Virus genome (UHGV): UHGV-0158128
Length of the DNA stretch: 42,844 bases
Source: a virus
Reading direction: 5' to 3' (one strand)
Part shown: one piece after another, positions 38,038 through 42,844 of the stretch
Numbering within the stretch: position 1 is the first letter of the stretch
Layout: each line of letters opens with the position of its first letter
Program-made: the position numbers and the translations under genes
The notes under the pieces: generated by a model
Databases searched by the model: none
What the model was told of the DNA's origin: nothing
What the model saw: the letters and a program-made list of their open reading frames with translations, nothing else

Positions 38038-38816
38038 TGGTTAAATCGATATTTTTACAAGATGGAGAAGAAATTTTAGTTGATGATGAAGATTACGAGA
38101 GAGTTAATCAGCATACTTGGCATAAAGCTTTTAAAGATAATTACAGAATGATTGTGAATAGTGATAAAAAGCATTTACCTGATTTTATTCTAAAAAAAAG
38201 TTTCCAAAAAATAAAAAACAATGATTTCACAAGAAAAAATCTAACAACTGAAGGTAATAAAACAAGATGGAGCAAAGCGAAGTGTAACAATTCATCTAAA
38301 TATAAAGGCGTTTCATGGGATAAAAAAAATAATAATTGGTATGCATGTATAGCTGTTGATAAAAAAACCAAAAACTTAGGTCACTTTGTAAATGAAGATG
38401 AAGCAGCAAAAGCTTACAACAATGCAGTTAATGAATATTGGGGTGGTGTTGGTTACCTTAATATAATTGGAGAAGATAATAGGCTGAAAAAAAGAAACTA
38501 TAAAACAAACATAAAGCAATTGAAGAGGGGAACTGATAAAAACAATTTAAGAGGAATAAACAAAATAAAACATAGATATTATTCAAAAATATTTTATTCT
38601 GGCAACTATATAGCGTTAGGCGGATATGACGATTTAAACAAAGCGAGATTAGTTTACAACAAATGTTCGTCATACCTGCATGGATCTGACGCGATCCTTA
38701 ACGACGTACCTATGACAGATGAACTTAAAGAATTCATATCTAACTGGGAAGTACCGGACAAAATAAAAGCGCTGAAAGGAGAAGACAATGGGAGAAGTAT
38801 CGTGGATAAAACTTAA
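38037..38816 (+). CDS. Free-standing HNH_3 / AP2-domain homing-endonuclease-like protein
   Basis: 259 aa. N-terminal LVDDEDYERVNQHTWH (HNH_3-type). Two AP2-like segments (YKGVSWDKKNNNWYACI; LRGINKIKHRYYSKIFY). Extremely A-rich with A7-A8 runs. Confidence 0.6.
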   Translation: MVKSIFLQDGEEILVDDEDYERVNQHTWHKAFKDNYRMIVNSDKKHLPDFILKKSFQKIKNNDFTRKNLTTEGNKTRWSKAKCNNSSKYKGVSWDKKNNNWYACIAVDKKTKNLGHFVNEDEAAKAYNNAVNEYWGGVGYLNIIGEDNRLKKRNYKTNIKQLKRGTDKNNLRGINKIKHRYYSKIFYSGNYIALGGYDDLNKARLVYNKCSSYLHGSDAILNDVPMTDELKEFISNWEVPDKIKALKGEDNGRSIVDKT

Positions 38817-39591
38817 AGTTGGCATGTTTGATGACAGCAAAATCAAATATATCGAAGCTTTACCCGAAAGAGATACGATCATAACCATTTGGGTTAAGTT
38901 GCTAACTTTATCAGGAAAGTACAACGAACAAGGTTACATTATGTTATCTGAAAACTTGCCGTATAACGAAGAAATGTTAGCAAATGAGTTTAGCCGACCT
39001 ATTAACTCAATAAGGTTAGCAATACAAACTTTTGAGACGTTGGGCATGATTGAAAAAGTTAATGGTGTCATAAAAGTGACAAACTGGGAAAAACACCAAA
39101 ACATTGAAGGACTCGAGAAAATCAGGGCTCAGAACAGGTTGAGGAAACAAAAGCAACGAGAAAACAACAGAAAATTGCTAAATGGTCACGTGACGTCACG
39201 TGACAGTCACGCAACAGAAGAAGATAAAGAATTAGATAAAGAATTAGAAAGAGATAAAGAAAAAGATATAGATAAGAACTTAAGTTCAAATAATAGCGCA
39301 ACTGACGTTACGCATGAGCAATTTGAGGAATGGTGGAAACTTTACAACAAGAAAAAAGATAAGAAGATGTCTTTCACTAAATTCAAATCATGCGTAAAGA
39401 AACATACTTTTGAGCAAATCATGCAAGGTACTCGAGAGTATTTAAAAACTATTACAGACAAACAATATCAAAAGTACCCTAAAACGTTTTTAACTAACGA
39501 AAGCTATATGAATGATTATAGCGAAGAGATTAAAGAAACTGGTATAGATCAATTGGAACGTATGAAGTACGACGAAAGTTATTGGGACTAG
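38788..39591 (+). CDS. Replisome organizer (phage_rep_org_N-type initiator)
   Basis: 267 aa. Conserved N-terminus WIKLKVGMFDDSKIKYIEALPE. RBS AAAGGAGAAG. Confidence 0.7.
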   Translation: MGEVSWIKLKVGMFDDSKIKYIEALPERDTIITIWVKLLTLSGKYNEQGYIMLSENLPYNEEMLANEFSRPINSIRLAIQTFETLGMIEKVNGVIKVTNWEKHQNIEGLEKIRAQNRLRKQKQRENNRKLLNGHVTSRDSHATEEDKELDKELERDKEKDIDKNLSSNNSATDVTHEQFEEWWKLYNKKKDKKMSFTKFKSCVKKHTFEQIMQGTREYLKTITDKQYQKYPKTFLTNESYMNDYSEEIKETGIDQLERMKYDESYWD

Positions 39592-39600
39592 GAGGATGTT

Positions 39601-40374
39601 ATGAAACCGTTATTCAACGAAAAAATAAACGAAAGTTTAAAAAAATATCAACCAATCGAAGTAATACTAAGACAGAATTGCGATAAATGCGGGCATCAAT
39701 ATGACTTATATAAGTTTGAAAATGGATATGAATACAAAGACGGTTGCGAATGTGAAATTCAAAGATTGGCTTACGAAGAATACAAAAGGAATAAACAAAA
39801 GAAACTTGATTATATTTTCAATCAATCAAATGTTAATCCGTCATTAAGAGATGCAACGGTTAACAACTATAAGCCACAAAATGAAAAACAAGTAAAAGCT
39901 AAACAAACAGCAATAGAGTATGTACAGGGTTTCTCTACAAAAGAACCAAAATCATTAATATTGCAAGGTTCATATGGAACTGGTAAAAGCCACCTAGCAT
40001 ACGCTATCGCAAAAGCAGTCAAATCTAAAGGGCATACAGTTGCTTTTATGCACATACCAATGTTGATGGATCGTATCAAAGCGACATACAACAAAAATGC
40101 AGTTGAAACTACAGACGAGCTAGTCAGATTGCTAAGTGATATTGATTTACTTGTACTAGATGATATGGGTGTAGAAAACACAGAGCACACTTTAAATAAA
40201 CTTTTCAGCATTGTTGATAACAGAGTAGGTAAAAACAACATCTTTACAACTAACTTTAGTGATAAAGAACTAAATCAAAATATGAACTGGCAACGTATCA
40301 ATTCAAGAATGAAACACAATGCGAGAAAAGTAAGAGTAATCGGAGACGATTTCAGGGAGCGAGATGCATGGTAA
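39601..40374 (+). CDS. DnaC/IstB-like helicase loader ATPase
   Basis: 257 aa. Walker A GSYGTGKSHLA, Walker B LLVLDDMG. Confidence 0.8.
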   Translation: MKPLFNEKINESLKKYQPIEVILRQNCDKCGHQYDLYKFENGYEYKDGCECEIQRLAYEEYKRNKQKKLDYIFNQSNVNPSLRDATVNNYKPQNEKQVKAKQTAIEYVQGFSTKEPKSLILQGSYGTGKSHLAYAIAKAVKSKGHTVAFMHIPMLMDRIKATYNKNAVETTDELVRLLSDIDLLVLDDMGVENTEHTLNKLFSIVDNRVGKNNIFTTNFSDKELNQNMNWQRINSRMKHNARKVRVIGDDFRERDAW

Positions 40375-40526
40375 CCAAAGAATTTTTAAAAACTAAACTT
40401 GAGTGTTCAGATATTTATGCTCAGAAACTCATAGACGAGGCACAGGGCGATGAAAATAGGTTGTACGACCTATTTATCCAAAAACTTGCAGAACGTCACA
40501 CACGCCCCGCTGTCGTCGAATATTAA
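40368..40526 (+). CDS. 52-aa peptide, Sri-like (candidate DnaI-binding replication inhibitor / SaPI1 derepressor)
   Basis: ATG overlaps the loader stop (gcATGGTAA). 52 aa MVTKEFLKTKLECSDIYAQKLIDEAQGDENRLYDLFIQKLAERHTRPAVVEY. Size and position match Sri. Identity is from memory. Confidence 0.4.
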   Translation: MVTKEFLKTKLECSDIYAQKLIDEAQGDENRLYDLFIQKLAERHTRPAVVEY

Positions 40527-40538
40527 GGAGTGTTAAAA

Positions 40539-40760
40539 ATGCCGAAAGAAAAATATTACTTATACCGAGAAGATGGCACGGAAGATATTAAGGTCATCAA
40601 ACATGAAGATAACGAGAATGAAGTTTATTCGCTCACAGGAGCCCATTTCAGCGACGAAAAGAAAATTATGACTGATAGTGACCTAAAACGATTCAAAGGC
40701 GCTCACGGGCTTCTATATGAGCAAGAACTAGGATTACAAGCAACGATATTTGATATTTAG
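40539..40760 (+). CDS. Hypothetical protein
   Basis: RBS TAAGGAGTG before ATG 40539. Confidence 0.45.
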   Translation: MPKEKYYLYREDGTEDIKVIKHEDNENEVYSLTGAHFSDEKKIMTDSDLKRFKGAHGLLYEQELGLQATIFDI

Positions 40761-40769
40761 AGGTGCACG

Positions 40770-41174
40770 ATGAGTAAATACAACGCTAAGAAAGTTGAGT
40801 ATAAAGGGATTGTATTTGACAGCAAAGTAGAATGTGAATATTACCAATATTTAGAAAGTAATATGAATGGCACTAACTATGATCGTATCGAACTACAACC
40901 GAAATTTGAATTATTACCAAAACTAGATAAACAACGAAAGATTGAATATATTGCAGACTTCGCGTTATATCTCGATGACAAACTGATTGAAGTTATCGAC
41001 ATTAAAGGTATGCCAACCGAAGTAGCAAAACTTAAAGCTAAGATGTTCAGACACAAATACAGAAACATAAAACTCAATTGGATATGTAAAGCGCCTAAGT
41101 ATACAGGTAAAACATGGATTACGTACGAGGAATTAATTAAAGCAAGACGAGAACGCAAAAGAGAAATGAAGTGA
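40770..41174 (+). CDS. DUF1064-like (PD-(D/E)xK-fold) phage protein
   Basis: 134 aa. IADF...EVIDIKG resembles a D-x(n)-E-x-K nuclease motif. Confidence 0.45.
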   Translation: MSKYNAKKVEYKGIVFDSKVECEYYQYLESNMNGTNYDRIELQPKFELLPKLDKQRKIEYIADFALYLDDKLIEVIDIKGMPTEVAKLKAKMFRHKYRNIKLNWICKAPKYTGKTWITYEELIKARRERKREMK

Positions 41175-41178
41175 TCTA

Positions 41179-41364
41179 ATGCAACAACAAGCATATATAA
41201 ACGCAACGATTGATATAAGAATACCTACCGAAGTTGAATATCAGCATTTTGATGATGTGGATAAAGAAAAAGAAACGCTGGCAGATTACTTATATAACAA
41301 TCCTGACGAAATACTAGAGTATGACAATTTAAAAATTAGAAATGTAAATGTAGAGGTGGAATAA
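41179..41364 (+). CDS. Hypothetical small acidic protein
   Basis: 61 aa. Confidence 0.4.
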   Translation: MQQQAYINATIDIRIPTEVEYQHFDDVDKEKETLADYLYNNPDEILEYDNLKIRNVNVEVE

Positions 41365-41727
41365 ATGGGCAGTGTTGTAATCATTAATAATAAACCATAT
41401 AAATTTAACAATTTTGAAAAAGAACTAATGGCAAAGCGCGGGATAAACGCTGGAATTGTTTCTAAACGTGTTAGAGGTTGTTGGGAGTTTTCAGAAGCTT
41501 TAGACGCGCCTTATGGCATGCACCTAAAAGAATATAGAGAAATGAAACAAATGGAAAAGATTAAACAAGCGAGACTCGAACGTGAATTGGAAAGAGAGCG
41601 AAAGAAAGAGGCTGAGCTACGTAAGAAGAAGCCACATTTGTTTAATGTACCTCGGAAACATTCACGTGATCCGTACTGGTTCGATGTCACTTATAACCAA
41701 ATGTTCAAGAAATGGAGTGAAGCATAA
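41365..41727 (+). CDS. Hypothetical protein with basic coiled-coil
   Basis: 120 aa. Confidence 0.45.
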   Translation: MGSVVIINNKPYKFNNFEKELMAKRGINAGIVSKRVRGCWEFSEALDAPYGMHLKEYREMKQMEKIKQARLERELERERKKEAELRKKKPHLFNVPRKHSRDPYWFDVTYNQMFKKWSEA

Positions 41728-41981
41728 TGAGCGTAATAAGTAACAGAAAAGTAGATATGAACAAAACGCAAGACAATGTTAAGCAACCTGCACATTACAC
41801 ATACGGCGACATTGAAATTATAGATTTTATCGAACAAGTTACGGCACAGTACCCACCACAATTAGCATTCGCAATAGGTAATGCAATCAAATACCTGTCT
41901 AGAGCACCGTTAAAGAACGGTCATGAGGATTTAGCAAAGGCGAAGTTTTACGTCCAAAGAGCCTTTGACTTGTGGGATTGA
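41727..41981 (+). CDS. Hypothetical protein (DUF3310-like)
   Basis: 84 aa. ATG overlaps the previous stop. Confidence 0.45.
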   Translation: MSVISNRKVDMNKTQDNVKQPAHYTYGDIEIIDFIEQVTAQYPPQLAFAIGNAIKYLSRAPLKNGHEDLAKAKFYVQRAFDLWD

Positions 41982-42229
41982 TGACCATGATAGATAACGC
42001 ACGCAAAGAATACTTAAACCAATTTTTCGGATCTAAGAGATATCTGTATCAGGATAACGAGCGAGTGGCACATATCCATGTAGTAAACGGCACTTATTAC
42101 TTTCATGGGCATATCGTGCCAGGTTGGCAAGGTGTGAAAAAGATATTTGATACAGCGGAAGAGCTTGAAACATATATAAAGCAACATGGTTTGGAATACG
42201 AGGAGCAGAAGCAACTAACTTTATTTTAG
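41972..42229 (+). CDS. Hypothetical protein
   Basis: 85 aa. Confidence 0.4.
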   Translation: MGLMTMIDNARKEYLNQFFGSKRYLYQDNERVAHIHVVNGTYYFHGHIVPGWQGVKKIFDTAEELETYIKQHGLEYEEQKQLTLF

Positions 42230-42234
42230 AGGAG

Positions 42235-42408
42235 ATGGAAATGATGAATGCTGAAAAGCATATGCAAATGATGCAAATGTTACAAAATTGTGTGATTGAT
42301 AAGTATGTATCACACGACGAATACGAAGAGTTAATTGCCATAGATAAGCATGGTAATAAAATGTTTATTAAATTTTATCCGAATACGGAGGATGACACAA
42401 ATGGATAA
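42235..42408 (+). CDS. Small Met/Gln-rich protein (57 aa)
   Basis: RBS TAGAGGAG. Read manually. Confidence 0.3.
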   Translation: MEMMNAEKHMQMMQMLQNCVIDKYVSHDEYEELIAIDKHGNKMFIKFYPNTEDDTNG

Positions 42409-42637
42409 CCGTGAACAAATAGAACAATCCGTTATAAGTGCTAGTGCGTATAACGGCAATGACACAGAGGGATTGCTAAAAGAGATTGAAGACGTGTATA
42501 AGAAAGCGCAAGCGTTTGATGAAATTCGCGAAGCTATTAATGCGCAATGGGTTGAGTATCCAGAAGACTGGGCGTCAGAGGTTTTGAGAGAAGTAAGAGA
42601 GCTTGAATATGAGGAGGAACAGGAAAATGAAAATTAA
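42401..42637 (+). CDS. Hypothetical acidic protein
   Basis: RBS ACGGAGGATG before ATG 42401. The track ORF begins at 42350. Confidence 0.45.
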   Translation: MDNREQIEQSVISASAYNGNDTEGLLKEIEDVYKKAQAFDEIREAINAQWVEYPEDWASEVLREVRELEYEEEQENEN

Positions 42638-42844
42638 TGAATCTTTGAAGAAATTAAAAGAAAAAGGATACAAAGAAAATGAAGATAAAGCTATTTTTAA
42701 TTTAGCTGATGGTACGCTAGAAATTTACATCGACCATGACGAAAAAACAATAATTACAGAATTCCATGATTTAAAGGTATTCGTGTCAGAAGATTTAAAA
42801 GATAAAAGTATGGAGAGCGTTATGTATGAATTGGCTGGAATTGA
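42627..42844 (+). CDS. Hypothetical protein, 3' end truncated by the window edge
   Basis: RBS GAGGAGGAACAGG. ATG 42627 overlaps the previous stop. Open to the end of the window. Confidence 0.4.
   Translation, partial: MKINESLKKLKEKGYKENEDKAIFNLADGTLEIYIDHDEKTIITEFHDLKVFVSEDLKDKSMESVMYELAGI

Overview
This 42.8-kb window is nearly the whole genome of a temperate Staphylococcus siphovirus of the phi11/80alpha type (cos/pac, Sa5int-like integrase), circularly permuted so that it begins in the dUTPase gene. The order on the plus strand is dut, a small-ORF cluster and rinA, then the late operon (terS, terL, portal, minor head, scaffold, major capsid, head-tail connectors, major tail, G/GT chaperones with a lambda-like GGGAAAG -1 frameshift site, tape measure, Dit, Tal-SGNH, RBP, fibres, CHAP+glucosaminidase virion hydrolase, collagen-like fibre, holin, CHAP-amidase-SH3b endolysin). 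After the lysis genes comes a 1.3-kb accessory (moron) locus followed by the attP region. Next is the lysogeny module (int on minus, xis on plus, two accessory genes on the cI strand, cI on minus, divergent cro, antirepressor). The window ends in the early/replication module (HTH, Sak4-like ATPase, SSB-like, HNH-like, HNH-AP2 endonuclease, replisome organizer, DnaC-like loader, Sri-like peptide, DUF-type small genes). Lysin and int are contiguous with an intact attP, so this is the phage (episomal or virion) form, not an integrated prophage. The most interesting unexplained content lies in the two lysogeny-linked accessory loci. The first is a 310-aa plus 55-aa gene pair between xis and cI, each preceded by the same 12-nt motif. 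The second is a promoter/operator, two-peptide, HTH, candidate-sRNA operon between the endolysin and attP. Also notable are a free-standing AT-rich HNH-AP2 endonuclease and a 52-aa Sri-like ORF in the replication module. All functional calls rest on remembered family signatures and sequence motifs visible in the translations; no database search could be run.
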